The notes under the pieces: model-generated | Database searches by the model: none | What the model was told of the DNA's origin: nothing | What the model saw: only the letters and a program-made list of their open reading frames with translations | Program-made: the position numbers and the translations under genes | Assembly: GCA_009859145.1 (NCBI GenBank) | Contig: VRVR01000021.1 | Location: 20,001-268,000 of the forward strand | Direction of reading: 5' to 3' | DNA from: Andalucia godoyi And28 | Taxonomy: Eukaryota > Protista > Jakobida | Length of the DNA stretch: 248,000 bases | Shown here: positions 1-11,109 of the stretch, piece after piece | How the letters are laid out: the number at the start of each line of letters is the position of its first letter | How positions within the stretch are numbered: the stretch's first letter is position 1

Positions 1-1317
1 AACCAGCTGATGAAACAGAATATTTGTCGAGTAAGGCGCTAGAGCGTCTGTCTTCTCGTCCTTTGAGATGTGTGAAGTCTCATCGGCGTTTGAATCCGAT
101 AAAGACCGCAGTGCCAGTTTAATGACTGCAAATCCAAAAAAGGCGGTTGCAACACTCCAAACAGTTACTACCAATGCTGCCAAAAGCTGGATACCGAATT
201 GCTTGCCTCTCCCCCGCTCCGCCACAAAGTTGGCAACGGAATCGCCATACGTCAACCTCAGGTTGGAGTCTGTCCAAAACAGTCCAGACCCGAGCAAGCC
301 CCAAACCCCGCAAGGAAAATGCACAGAAGCTGCCTCCACGGGATCGTCGATGCCATAGTGCTGGATGGCGCACGACGAGACGAGATAGATGAGGCCGCCA
401 ATGAAACCAAGCAAAAATGCAGCCCACAGAGGGACTACTGCAGCGCCAGAAGTAATAGAAACTAGCCCTGCCAGCAGTCCATTAAGAGTGCATTCGACTA
501 AGAACTTTCCAGTCATGATTCTCATCGCAAGCAGCGCAGAAACGCCGCCAGAAACCCCAGAAAGCAGCGTAGTTACAGACACACGAGCCGCCAAAGTCGC
601 CCGCTCACCAGAAACCTGAATCAAAGATCCTGTGTTGAAAAAAAACCAACCAACAACAAGAATCATTGTCCCGAGTGTCTGGAATGTCAGTTGCGTGGTC
701 CTGAACTTCGTCAAGGAGAATAAATGGACTCTCGACAACGGTGTGGTTGACGAAGCAGTCCTCCAATTGGAGCGGGGACCGACGAACCATGCTCCAATGA
801 GCGCGGTGACACCTCCGAGAGTGTGTACAGCGCAGTCTCCAGCAAGATCGATGACACCCAGCGTATTTGAAGCGTCCATGAAAAACAAGCCCTTTGGAGC
901 CCACACCCAATGACTGACCATGGCATAGACAAACAAGGACATGTACGCCGAAAAGAGTGCATAGGCAACAAAGCGCGCTCGCTCAGCCATCGCCCCGCTC
1001 ACAATGCTCGTCGTGGTTGCACAATACACAAAACTTTGAAGCCACTGCTCGTACTGATTGCGCGAAATATCAAAAACCAGAGATGAAGACCATCCAAAGA
1101 TCCTGTTCGAAGAGTCGTCGTCTCCAGCAAAGAATGCATACCCGAGAAACCACCATGTGATCACGCCCGAGCACATTTGTACAATATTCTTGAGAATCAC
1201 ATTTCGAATGTGTACTCGAGAACAAGCGATTTCACAAAGCGTGAAACCAGACTGCATCAACAAAACCATGAACGCACAGATGAGAACATAGATGGTGTCC
1301 AACGAAGTGTCTGTCAT
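1..1317 (-). CDS. AMT: Ammonium transporter (Amt/Mep/Rh family), 3' end runs off the window
   Basis: Missing from the ORF track because it has no stop in the window. Manual translation from ATG 1317: MTDTSLDTIYVLICAFMVLLMQSGF..WWFLGYAF..LGTMILVVGWFFFNTGS..LNGLLAGLVSITSG..IDDPVEAASVHFPCGVWG, all Amt motifs. Confidence 0.9.
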   Translation of the reverse strand, partial: MTDTSLDTIYVLICAFMVLLMQSGFTLCEIACSRVHIRNVILKNIVQMCSGVITWWFLGYAFFAGDDDSSNRIFGWSSSLVFDISRNQYEQWLQSFVYCATTTSIVSGAMAERARFVAYALFSAYMSLFVYAMVSHWVWAPKGLFFMDASNTLGVIDLAGDCAVHTLGGVTALIGAWFVGPRSNWRTASSTTPLSRVHLFSLTKFRTTQLTFQTLGTMILVVGWFFFNTGSLIQVSGERATLAARVSVTTLLSGVSGGVSALLAMRIMTGKFLVECTLNGLLAGLVSITSGAAVVPLWAAFLLGFIGGLIYLVSSCAIQHYGIDDPVEAASVHFPCGVWGLLGSGLFWTDSNLRLTYGDSVANFVAERGRGKQFGIQLLAALVVTVWSVATAFFGFAVIKLALRSLSDSNADETSHISKDEKTDALAPYSTNILFHQLV

Positions 1318-1847
1318 CTTCTTCCTTCTTCTTCTCTGAAAATACTGCAAGCACAACTGCAACAGCAGCAACAACGGAAATGTTGCAGATCTGGAATTTT
1401 AGGGAAAGGCTGTGTACAGCCGAATCAAAATTATGAAATGTAAATTTAAACAAGAAAAGAAGAAGAATGAGAAACTCCGTGGACGATTGCAAGAATCCAC
1501 CAAGAACGAATGAATGAATAAATGGGCAGAATGCTGAAACTCGGGCTTCTCTTCACGACTTGCGAGTTCATGACATTCAACGATGGATGTCCGGGCAAGC
1601 CGGACTCTCGGAGCCCTCGACGAGATTCCATTCCATTCCTGACTCCTCAACGACTCAAGCAAACACGCCGCCTCGGTTTTCGCTTCGTTCTACAGTTTTT
1701 CTTCCTGTGTCTTTTGTTGCTGGTGTTTCCTCTTTATATTTAATATCTGGGTATTTGAATATTAATTTTATTTTTATTGTTTTTTTATTGTTTTTTATTT
1801 TTTGTTTTATTAAATTAAATTAATGAATAATTATATTTTCGGTCGGT

Positions 1848-3068
1848 TTGCGTACGATGGACTATTCCGTGCTGCACCGATCTTCCTCGAGTTTTGCGCG
1901 GGTGTCGTCCATCCTTACACAACATGGCTCCATCTTGACCCCGGCGTTTGTTCCTGTTTGCACCACGGGCTCTCCAAAATGTGTCCCCATGAGTGCGGTC
2001 GACGATTTTGATCTGGTGTTTTCAAACACATATCACTTGCTTGTTCATCCGGGTGCGAATACGGTTGCCGAATTAGGCGGCATCCATTCCTTTACTTCGA
2101 GATCAAAGCCTTTTATCACAGACTCGGGCGGTTTCCAGGTGTTCTCATTAAAGTACACGGGCGGGCGCGATGAACTGAAAGGTCGAACCAACAAACCGAA
2201 GCAGAAGAACATGGTGTCGAAAATCGATGAGGACGGCGTGCATTTTCGATCCTATCGTGATGGAAGACAGCTATTTCTCTCTCCGGAAGCTAGTATCAGT
2301 GCTCAACATCAAATTGGTGCTGATCTGATTGTTGCTTTTGACGAGCTCCCACCGTATGGTCTAACTCAGAAAAGGCTGCAAAGATCTTTTGATCGAACAC
2401 ATCGGTGGATGAAGAGGTCATTGGACTTTCATAATTCTTCGGCTCACACGAGCACCCAAAGGCTGTACGGCATCGTGCACGGTGAGACGAACATGGGTCT
2501 GCGGCTGGAGTCTCTTCGATTTCTGCTGCAACACAACTTTCCAGGAATTGCGATTGGTGGATCCGTTGGGCAAACTCGCAAGGAAATGTACTCCTTGATT
2601 TGTGGGATGAGATCGCTACTGCCCTCAGATCGGCCTGTGCATCTCCTGGGCATCGGCGATTTGCAGTCCATTGTACCGCTCATCCAATGCGGCGTTGATA
2701 GTCTGGACAGCACATATCCAACAAAAGCCGGTCGACATGGCACAGCGCTTTTGACCCCTTCCGTCGACTGGCTGATTTCCCATTCTCTGGAAAATTCTCT
2801 CGTGTCAGCTACGTTGGACGAACCAGCCGCAGGGAGACTCAACGAGCTGCATTTGGTGCTTTCCAAGGCGGAGCACCAGCAGTCCGCCGAACCGATTGAC
2901 GAAACGTGCACGTGTCCAGTGTGCTTGCGATATTCCCGAGGCTATCTCCACCATTTACTCAAAATGCACGAATCTGCTGGACAGTCATTGGTGACTTTAC
3001 ATAATTTACATATCATGAGAAATACCATGGAAACGATTCGCCATCTCATTCGCGACAACAAGCTTTAA
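1848..3068 (+). CDS. tgt: Queuine tRNA-ribosyltransferase (TGT), bacterial (Chlamydiae-like) type
   Basis: TPAFVPV, NTYHL, TDSGGFQVFSL, HLLGIGD, CTCPVC..YSRGYLHHL zinc site. Confidence 0.92.
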   Translation: MRTMDYSVLHRSSSSFARVSSILTQHGSILTPAFVPVCTTGSPKCVPMSAVDDFDLVFSNTYHLLVHPGANTVAELGGIHSFTSRSKPFITDSGGFQVFSLKYTGGRDELKGRTNKPKQKNMVSKIDEDGVHFRSYRDGRQLFLSPEASISAQHQIGADLIVAFDELPPYGLTQKRLQRSFDRTHRWMKRSLDFHNSSAHTSTQRLYGIVHGETNMGLRLESLRFLLQHNFPGIAIGGSVGQTRKEMYSLICGMRSLLPSDRPVHLLGIGDLQSIVPLIQCGVDSLDSTYPTKAGRHGTALLTPSVDWLISHSLENSLVSATLDEPAAGRLNELHLVLSKAEHQQSAEPIDETCTCPVCLRYSRGYLHHLLKMHESAGQSLVTLHNLHIMRNTMETIRHLIRDNKL

Positions 3069-3109
3069 CAAGCTGTCACCATCTCATTGTGCATGTGGAC
3101 CTTTTCTCC

Positions 3110-5662
3110 TTAACCGTCGACATCGGAAGGCGGGGTTGCACTGCGGTTGACAGACGTAGCCACATATCCTTGGATCCGCTGCTTTTCCAGAGAGTAGAGG
3201 AGTTTTGCATAATCGTTTTGCATCTTTTGCACATAATCGGAGCCCTGGAAATTAACCACGTCGTCAAATTCCCGGTGAAGACGTCGAAGAAAACGCTCGC
3301 AACGCTGCGAAAACTTGCTGAGATCAGCGTATAGCGTCGCTCTCTGTTTTTCAAGTTCAAGTTTGTCAACGGACACGATGTCACGCCACTTGGATTTCTT
3401 TTCTGAAAATTCCGGAGAAGTGGTTTGCTTCAGCATTTTTTCAACAGCGTGCGACTGCTTCTTCTGCGACTCCATCTCAGCTTCGTCAAGGCCTTGCAGC
3501 TTGTTCAACACCTCTTCTCGGCTCTGTATATGCAGGTTTGCCTGGCCCCAGAGTTCCAACACTCGCTGAACCTTGTCTGCAAATTCAGGACGATTATATT
3601 TGTTCAGTAAACGCAATTTCTCTTGCGGCGGCAGGTGAAGCTGCGTCCATATTCTTTCCAGCGCAATCATTGCAGAGGCAAATTCCTGTGCATTGAGAAG
3701 GATCGCATTTCTTGCGTCAACAAACTCGTCAATTGTAAGACCGCCAGGAATATCATTGGTATCTCGAACGCTTTCACGAGCACCCGCCGGACCACCGGAC
3801 CCTCGCGAGACTTCTGGTTCCAGAAGCATCGGGCTTTGACTCCGAATCGACGGAGCCGAAGAAAGCGTGATGTCCTTTGGTAGTGACAGGAGCGGTAAGA
3901 TAGTCGATTCTGTGTCCTGCGCCTGCGGCTGCAGGGATGCTTTGGAAGTGTCTGTAAGACTGGAAATGAACTTCTGCGGTGCAGCTGGCCGCGGTTCATA
4001 AATATATTCCAATACGCGTTGAAAGCGCTGACGACCTCCATACATGCTCCACAAATGATGTTTCTCCATTTGTTTGAGCATCCGATCCCGTTCCGTTCCC
4101 TTCAACAACTCCTTGCTTGCAATACTCTGGAGCGGTTGCTGCTGATAGCTTCGTATGCGAGTTCGCCACTCGTCAGCGTCATCCACTGTGAAGAATGAAG
4201 CATAAACTTGGATAACCGACATTAGTCGATCTGCGCGGTCCAAGAGCAGCACATCAGCCTCGTCCAACGATGAACCAGAAATGCGCTTCGCGTGAGCAAT
4301 TCTGAACACTTCCCTTGCGATACCAACAAACATTCTCGATATCTTTGTGACTACACCTTGACATGGATAGAAAATGCGCTCCTGCAAATCATGCGATAAA
4401 AGCGTTTCTGCACCCTTGATCCATGCTCGCAGTACACGGGAGTCCGCCATTTCCTGCTCCACGCCATGGAAAAAAGAGTGTTTGGATGCCAGAAACACAG
4501 GATGGTCGGCAATCACCGCGAGATGGTCCAGAAGCTCTTCTCGAATACGCTCAGAATCTACGACTTCCATAGTTTGCGATGCTTTGCACAGAGAAACGAT
4601 TCGGGCCTCGAGACTAGAAAGGAGAGAATCAATGGCAGAAAATGATTCAAGGCGGCCGCGATCGAATTTCACATGCGCAGTGGGAGTCGCACACCGAAGG
4701 AACGATGCTTCAGACTCGGTTGCCAGTTCCGTGGATGGCGCCAGACCACCAGGCCGACATGGTCGAACTTTGACAAGAGACGACAATATCAGAGATTCTG
4801 AAAGTGTGTGACTGGAGGAGCGATTCGTAGAAGACATTGAACGATTCGACTTTGGTGAGACTGCACCAGATCCAGATCCACTGAGGATCGCTGAAGAATT
4901 AAGGATTCTAGAGACTTCTGAGTCCGGCTGCTCGTGATTCGGTATCGACACGTCCACTGGCTTTTCAGAAGTGCTACCCAGCTTCGCGGGTGCGGTCTTT
5001 AGATGCGGTTCGGATGCCAAACCGTCTCGGCTTGCGACGTCTATACCCGCTGCCGCGCCAGCTCTGCCCGTCTCCAGTTCTGCATTCCTTTGTCTGGCGG
5101 AGTCCACAGCGAAAAACACAGAATTGGTACGTAGTGATTTGGAACTTGCTCTTCTCAACATGGTACCTCGTCGTTCTTTAGCCGATTCGCGCTCTTCCAC
5201 TGCTTTCGCCGTCTGCCTATCCTTCTCAAGTGCTTGTATGTGAATGGCGTCCAACTTCTCCTCTAGAGACGACGTTGCTCCATGGCTTCCAGCGTTGGAG
5301 TGTAGTCTGTGTTCCCTCCCACTCAACGAGCCCATCACATACGAATTTGGATCTCCCGAAAATGCAACGGACCTGGCACGGGACAGGTCATCCGCTCCGC
5401 CCTTGGACATGTAGTCATTCACCACCCTCCGTTCTATAGAATCAATGTCAATCTCTCTCCTGATTGCTGCCCGAAGAGCAGACTCTGCGCGCAGCTGGTT
5501 GACTTTCTGAGAAAACACGCCTCGTGAATTCCAGTCCGAGAGCTTCCGCTGGTGCTTCAGAACGAGCGAGTGTTTCGCAGAATCCAGAGTCCTTACTAAC
5601 GCACTGTTGATCGCCCGATGATCTGCAGGTGTCAACGCCATTCTCAAAAACTCCCCAAGCAA
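3110..5662 (-). CDS. Coiled-coil protein, CCDC87/MAP65-like C-terminus
   Basis: 850 aa ORF; LERIWTQLHLPPQEKLRLLNKY..LWGQANLHIQSREEVL resembles the CCDC87 C-terminal region. Confidence 0.55.
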   Translation of the reverse strand: MLGEFLRMALTPADHRAINSALVRTLDSAKHSLVLKHQRKLSDWNSRGVFSQKVNQLRAESALRAAIRREIDIDSIERRVVNDYMSKGGADDLSRARSVAFSGDPNSYVMGSLSGREHRLHSNAGSHGATSSLEEKLDAIHIQALEKDRQTAKAVEERESAKERRGTMLRRASSKSLRTNSVFFAVDSARQRNAELETGRAGAAAGIDVASRDGLASEPHLKTAPAKLGSTSEKPVDVSIPNHEQPDSEVSRILNSSAILSGSGSGAVSPKSNRSMSSTNRSSSHTLSESLILSSLVKVRPCRPGGLAPSTELATESEASFLRCATPTAHVKFDRGRLESFSAIDSLLSSLEARIVSLCKASQTMEVVDSERIREELLDHLAVIADHPVFLASKHSFFHGVEQEMADSRVLRAWIKGAETLLSHDLQERIFYPCQGVVTKISRMFVGIAREVFRIAHAKRISGSSLDEADVLLLDRADRLMSVIQVYASFFTVDDADEWRTRIRSYQQQPLQSIASKELLKGTERDRMLKQMEKHHLWSMYGGRQRFQRVLEYIYEPRPAAPQKFISSLTDTSKASLQPQAQDTESTILPLLSLPKDITLSSAPSIRSQSPMLLEPEVSRGSGGPAGARESVRDTNDIPGGLTIDEFVDARNAILLNAQEFASAMIALERIWTQLHLPPQEKLRLLNKYNRPEFADKVQRVLELWGQANLHIQSREEVLNKLQGLDEAEMESQKKQSHAVEKMLKQTTSPEFSEKKSKWRDIVSVDKLELEKQRATLYADLSKFSQRCERFLRRLHREFDDVVNFQGSDYVQKMQNDYAKLLYSLEKQRIQGYVATSVNRSATPPSDVDG

Positions 5663-5783
5663 CCAACCCCCTAATGAATTATGAAATAAATAATAATAGC
5701 AATACCAAAAACGATAATGATGGTAATCGCTTCCTGCTTTTGCTTTGCTTTTTTTTTCTTTCCACCGTCAACATGAATGAAAA

Positions 5784-6441
5784 CCGTTGAAATAATAACG
5801 CGTATTGTGATGCATACGGAAGGATAAACAAACAGACATGGTCGACACTGGCCGACACCAGCACGCTTGTTTCACAGGAATTCGTGCTTACGCACGCTCG
5901 GCCAAAATTCAGCGGGTGACACAGGCTCCGCACTTTCGACACTCTTTAACGCAGCATCCATAGCCATCTATTCTATCATTCGTTGGTTTCACTTTTTTAA
6001 TTCAAATATGGGCGTGAGTGCGCTGGGATGACGCATTCGCCTACGCCTACGCCGCTCGATACAGGGCCTCCTAGGTCCCGCAGACCTACTAAGAGACCAC
6101 GTGTCACTACGCCTACCGCCTCTTCCTCTCGTATCTCCAGGTGCATCAATCGCTGCAACTGAAGACACGAAAGCGCCTGCTGCTAGGGCCGTCAGAGTCG
6201 AAATCATCCTCTCTTCCACGATATTGTTCCAATATATCTCGTTTTGATTTGGCTTGCTGTCGTCGTCCACAATTCGGATTTGCTAAAAAGCTGCAGTGTA
6301 TCCGCACTTCGTTTTAGCAACGATTCTACAAGAGCGCCCAACTTTCGCGAGCTTTCTGCGCGAACTCTGTCGGCGCACGCACTTGCGTGTTGGGGACCTG
6401 CGCCCCCCCGGACCCACAAGACGATCGATTGTCATGTAGCG
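5784..6441 (+). mobile_element. Fanzor2/IS607-like non-autonomous element, family Fz-A copy 1
   Basis: Starts CCGTTGAAATAAT; about 430 bp shared with 222210-222848; degenerate right end GCGTGTTGGGGACCT..CATGTAGCG. Confidence 0.7.
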
Positions 6442-6723
6442 TTGCAACAGTACCAATTAGAATCTCCGTAGTGATGTGTCGAGGGCCTGCCCTCGTATGT
6501 ATAGTATGTTTAATTAATTCCGCATTGTCTGGCAACATTTTAAAACAAGAGATGAGCAATGACAATGGTAGCATGAAGAAGTGAATGCGCAGGCGCGACC
6601 GTGCATCATTTATAATTCTCGAGGATCGCGTGCAAAACATGGAAAATGAATAGAAGAAACAACTGCAATAATGTCCGCAGTTTTCGCATCATTGTCCGAC
6701 TCCCCGTCAATCGTATTCACGGC

Positions 6724-7614
6724 TCAGCTCGATCCGCAGTAGAAAAATCCATCGAGAGGAGTGTGTAGATAGTCGAGATGGTCTGGGATGGAGTCGTCGA
6801 TGTGCGCATCCGAACAGTGCTCGTCTTCCCCCAGCATGCACTGAACCACGCTGGAAAAGTCTTCATTGTAGAACATCTCCACGCCTCCGTGAATATACGA
6901 AATCGACGCGGAAAGTGTCGGAGGAACATGTGGAACAATATCCTTGTTGTGAACCAATCGGTAATACGACGTCAACTGCTGTTCGGACCATTCCGCAAAT
7001 GCAGCATTTCCGACACGTGGCTGACCATAGTTGTAAACATTCACTCTCCGGTTGATCGCCGCCGCAATCTTTGGATCGGTCATCAACTCCAGGCAAGCAA
7101 TTTGTGCACAGGCCGCACCCAGGGAATGTCCCATACAAGTCAGTTCAAACTCGAATCCTGCTGCGTATTTGTCGATGAGCTTGCCGAGGGATGCGACAGC
7201 CTGAGAATTCACCGACATGTACGACTCGTAAAAACCTTCATGAATCATCATGCCCGGTGCAGAATTCGGTCGATACGGTATCTGCTTGAATTCCAAATCG
7301 TCAATCCAATCCCTGACAGAATAAGTCCCTCGAAAAACGACAGACAGCGAAACGCTGTTTGTGTCGCGATTGACAAACACCCCCGTGTATCCGTGCAGAT
7401 CGTTACTCGATGCATACAGAATGGAGTCCATGATGAACATGGAAACCTCATCCGCCTTGCATTGATGACAAGAAAACGAGGCAATATCGCTGTCTGGACA
7501 GTATGCAAGTCCGCTCAGAATTGCGCCTGCTTTCGCCAAACGCGGATCGTACGGCGCATAGCTTGCTTGGCAAGACACTACACAGAGTAGCAATATTGAG
7601 AAAAATATCCGCAT
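6724..7614 (-). CDS. Secreted class 3 lipase
   Basis: Signal-like MRIFFSILLLCVVS, FRGT, GHSLGAA nucleophile motif, YGQPRVGN, HNKDIVPHVP. Confidence 0.9.
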   Translation of the reverse strand: MRIFFSILLLCVVSCQASYAPYDPRLAKAGAILSGLAYCPDSDIASFSCHQCKADEVSMFIMDSILYASSNDLHGYTGVFVNRDTNSVSLSVVFRGTYSVRDWIDDLEFKQIPYRPNSAPGMMIHEGFYESYMSVNSQAVASLGKLIDKYAAGFEFELTCMGHSLGAACAQIACLELMTDPKIAAAINRRVNVYNYGQPRVGNAAFAEWSEQQLTSYYRLVHNKDIVPHVPPTLSASISYIHGGVEMFYNEDFSSVVQCMLGEDEHCSDAHIDDSIPDHLDYLHTPLDGFFYCGSS

Positions 7615-7833
7615 GTTCTCAGAAGGTTGTGAGTATAAGACGAATAACAGGGAGAGAGGGAGAGAGAGGGAGAGAGGGAGAAGAAGAAAGAAGAAGAAGA
7701 AGAAGAAGAAGAAGAAGAAGAAGAACATATATCCAAGCGTCGATTTTCGTCACGCAAACCACCCCGTCCCCGACGGACTGGCCCAGATGCAGGTGCAGAA
7801 ACGGGTACAGCTGGCGGCAACCACCGATATCTA

Positions 7834-8059
7834 CCGTATAACCCTCCAACCCAAAACGTCTGGTGGATGGCTGTGACGAAAACATAGGTTGCTTCTGTTT
7901 TTTGGGGTGCGCAGACCCATGGATGTCCCACTCAAAAGGGGGAACTCATTGGATGGGCGCTGATGCAGATTTACAACGGCCCTTTACGCCAAATAATCTG
8001 TCTGAGGCGCAGCATGCGAGACAAGTGTTTGGAAAGGTTTGGGTTGGAGGATAGTGCCT
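7834..8059 (+). mobile_element. MITE-like element family B copy 1
   Basis: CCG-TATA-ACCCTCCAACCCAAA ... TTTGGGTTGGAGGAT-AGTG-CCT; interior shared with the 25.1, 83.1 and 94.3 kb copies. Confidence 0.7.
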
Positions 8060-8085
8060 AACAGAATACATTTTTGGTGCCGAGT

Positions 8086-11000
8086 TTAAACACTCTCTGG
8101 TTCGTCAGGACGAACAGAAGTTGTGCAGGATAGACGACTCAGGGATAGAACTCTCATTTCATCCAACACGGAATACAAAGTTGATTTCCGCCTGCGACTG
8201 TTTCTCCTGGCAAGGACCTCCCCCGACTCAGCAACACTCGGTGACCGTAATTCTGCCACGAAATCTTTAAGAGACAACATCGGAGAGCTGATCGACAGCT
8301 TGGATCGAGATTGAAATCCGGAACGCGGTGGGAATTCCGCATCGAGCCCCTGTAAACGAATTTGAACATACGGCAAATGATACAGCGAATCGACGACCTG
8401 CAAGGATACGAGGACAGCGGAAAACAAGCGATACGTAGACCCGTTCCAGCGTAGAGACATGGATGTACTGTCAAAGTTCGTTGCATCGTCTAAAACAATG
8501 TCGCCCTTCAGACGGAACTCGGGAACCAACACAGACAGCTTGCTCACGGATACTGCAAAAACCGTCGCGGGAAATACCTTGTCAGCAGGCACGCGCCTGG
8601 CAAGGTAACGAGCTCTGAACCACTCCGTTGCGTATGATTGAATATGCTTGACTCGACGATGCCGATCATTGATGTAGGATGCAAGCTCTGAATAGAATCT
8701 GCGGTTGGCAACTGTGCTTGTGTCATGTACGGACGCCGCTGGAATTAGCAGAAGGCGATGAGCAACGATATCTGCATACCGACGAATAGGCGAAGTAAAA
8801 TGGGTGTACAGAGGTACTCCAAGCCCGTAATGCGGCCACTCAAGCTTCGCAGTAGTCCCGGAACATATGTACTGCGCTTCGGACATGCACCGAGTGGCGA
8901 GTGCCCGCAGCAACCCGTGAGGATCGGAGTGCGCCTCGAGACTGGCAGAAAGTTCTTGCCCCGAAGAAACGTCAAAATGATCAGCGTGCAGTCCAACAAT
9001 CGCAATTCTCTGGAGCTCTAGCAGATCCTCGGCATCGGGCGGATTGTGATGTCGGAGGAACGCAAGATCTGCGTTCCGTGACACAAGCTGCTGGGCAACG
9101 TAGCAGTTGGTCTGAATCATCCATTCGGCGACAACATGATGCATCAAATCCGCGTCATCCTCGAGACGGCCCTCCGCACTTTCCAATACAAATTCAGCAG
9201 TATCGATTTTCTTAAAGCTGACTTCCTCCAAAGAATTCAATTCAAGTGCGCCGTTGTCCATTCGTGCCTGCCGGAACCGAGACGCATACACAGTGAGGTC
9301 ACGAATCGCAGCTTTCATGGCGGGGACGTGGTCCGGATTCAGATATCTGTATTTTTCCACGCTTTGTATTTGCTTTTCGGGCTGAAACTTGGTCCAAAAT
9401 ACGGACAGATCTTCACTCTCAAACATCCGCTGTGCTTGCTCATACGACAGCGCGTAGCGAGACCGGATGATGGTTCTTCCGTGCCATGATTCCAGAATCC
9501 TGCCAGTGGAACCGTCGAGAACCCACAGCACACTGACAGCTAAGCGGTCCGTATTCTCCAACAAGGAGCATGCGTTCGACGATAAAATCTCGGGAAGCAT
9601 GTGCATGCGCCGATCAATCATGTAGATGGTCATCGCTCGTTGACGAGCCTCATTGTCCAGCGCAGAACCCTCGGATAAGATTGCAGAAACATCGGCGATG
9701 TGTACACCTATTTCTACATTGCCGTTCTCCAGTCTTGTCACAGACATTGCGTCATCAATATCTGTGCAGGACACCGGATCGACGGAAAAGACAAAGTGGG
9801 ACTTTCTGAGATCTCTTCTCGATTCCACAATACTCTCTGGAAACTGAAAGTCAAAAGGTTTGCCGCTTTTCGCGCCATCTTGAATGAACTTTGGAATACA
9901 TGACAACGCCACGTCGGAGAAATCCTGCAATCTCACCTCGTGCTCAACCAATACCGCTTCCGATTCGGCATTCAAGTCATTAATCGCGCCCAACACCTTG
10001 ACCACAATGCCTCGTGGAAACTTGGCGCCCGCATCCCATTCTACAATTCGAGCAACGAGCCTTTGTCCGCGTAGCGTTATGCGAGTTTGAGGTGCCACGG
10101 TAAGTTCAATCGACGGAAAGCGACGATCTAAAGGAATGCACACAGAAGAATCCGTTTGTTGCGATAACGTCACCACCAAAGGCCTCCAAGATCGCTGTAC
10201 AATTCCTTTAACGTCGCCAGATTCTTTGTCCAGAAACACCACGTCGCCGCACACGGCACGATTCGGATTGCGCACTGCGTGGCCACTTACCCACGATTTT
10301 CTGCCAGATAAAGACACTTCCAGAGTCCCACGAGCAAATTGACCTTCAGCTACTCTCGTTTCGCAATACTCGGTACTGTAGTAGTCGGACGACTGCTCTT
10401 GACCGGACTGCAGAGCAAAGGCATCCTCGCTGCTCTCGAAGACAGAATCAGCGGATTCTCGCATCAGTGACAGTCTACAAATCACATCGTCTTCAAAAAA
10501 CCCATAGACGTACAAAAGGAAGTGATCAATGTCTGCAGCATCGTTCAAACCATGAACCGAAACGTCGGGCAAGTGTCGCTTGTAGAACGCGACCAGCGAC
10601 ACAAACCTCTTGATTTCGTCGTCCTCTTCCACAAACGTGTCTGCGCAGAAATCATTGGGAAAGACAATTCCAAACGAGACAGATTCGGTGTCCTTGAGGT
10701 ACGGAGGCAGCAGCAGGTCTCGAATCTTCTGTGCAGCACGAGATCCCGAGACCTTGCGAATTCTCGTCAGCAAGGAGCTAGGAACGACAAGCGAGAGCGA
10801 ATTTCGTACAAACCCGTCCGACTGATTCAGTCTCAAGCTGTCACAAATGAGCGCAATCCCGTCAACAAAGGCACGGATCGCCTTCGGGCCAACAATCCAA
10901 ACATGACTGGACCCGAGCACTGGAAGCGCATACAAATGACGACACGATTTGCAGGAAACATGCTGACAATCAATGTCCGTTCTAAGATGTCTCTCTTTTG

Positions 11001-11109
11001 ATACAATTGTCACGCGACCTTTCCGATTACGAATGGCATACGATGCACTGGTGGACATCCTGGAGATTCCAATGCGCCTGTTTTGCTCTAACAACAAATC
11101 GGAAAGCAA
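8086..11109 (-). CDS. DIS3L: DIS3-family exoribonuclease (RNB domain, PIN-like N-terminus)
   Basis: FSVDPVSCTDIDDAMS, EIGVHIADVS, HFTSPIRRYADIVAH. Confidence 0.88.
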   Translation of the reverse strand: MLSDLLLEQNRRIGISRMSTSASYAIRNRKGRVTIVSKERHLRTDIDCQHVSCKSCRHLYALPVLGSSHVWIVGPKAIRAFVDGIALICDSLRLNQSDGFVRNSLSLVVPSSLLTRIRKVSGSRAAQKIRDLLLPPYLKDTESVSFGIVFPNDFCADTFVEEDDEIKRFVSLVAFYKRHLPDVSVHGLNDAADIDHFLLYVYGFFEDDVICRLSLMRESADSVFESSEDAFALQSGQEQSSDYYSTEYCETRVAEGQFARGTLEVSLSGRKSWVSGHAVRNPNRAVCGDVVFLDKESGDVKGIVQRSWRPLVVTLSQQTDSSVCIPLDRRFPSIELTVAPQTRITLRGQRLVARIVEWDAGAKFPRGIVVKVLGAINDLNAESEAVLVEHEVRLQDFSDVALSCIPKFIQDGAKSGKPFDFQFPESIVESRRDLRKSHFVFSVDPVSCTDIDDAMSVTRLENGNVEIGVHIADVSAILSEGSALDNEARQRAMTIYMIDRRMHMLPEILSSNACSLLENTDRLAVSVLWVLDGSTGRILESWHGRTIIRSRYALSYEQAQRMFESEDLSVFWTKFQPEKQIQSVEKYRYLNPDHVPAMKAAIRDLTVYASRFRQARMDNGALELNSLEEVSFKKIDTAEFVLESAEGRLEDDADLMHHVVAEWMIQTNCYVAQQLVSRNADLAFLRHHNPPDAEDLLELQRIAIVGLHADHFDVSSGQELSASLEAHSDPHGLLRALATRCMSEAQYICSGTTAKLEWPHYGLGVPLYTHFTSPIRRYADIVAHRLLLIPAASVHDTSTVANRRFYSELASYINDRHRRVKHIQSYATEWFRARYLARRVPADKVFPATVFAVSVSKLSVLVPEFRLKGDIVLDDATNFDSTSMSLRWNGSTYRLFSAVLVSLQVVDSLYHLPYVQIRLQGLDAEFPPRSGFQSRSKLSISSPMLSLKDFVAELRSPSVAESGEVLARRNSRRRKSTLYSVLDEMRVLSLSRLSCTTSVRPDEPESV

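Noticed and set aside
5989-6270. Repeated 'MISTLTALAAGAFVSSVAAIDA' ORFs (also 125546, 222434) as a secreted peptide family
   Set aside because: They are the antisense reading of family Fz-A elements and their start and stop positions vary
7834-8059. Family B as a Stowaway/Tc1-mariner MITE with TA duplication
   Set aside because: The CCCTCC repeat is suggestive, but the TA flanks are inconsistent and conserved sequence extends 4 bp further to CC(G/T); not fully excluded
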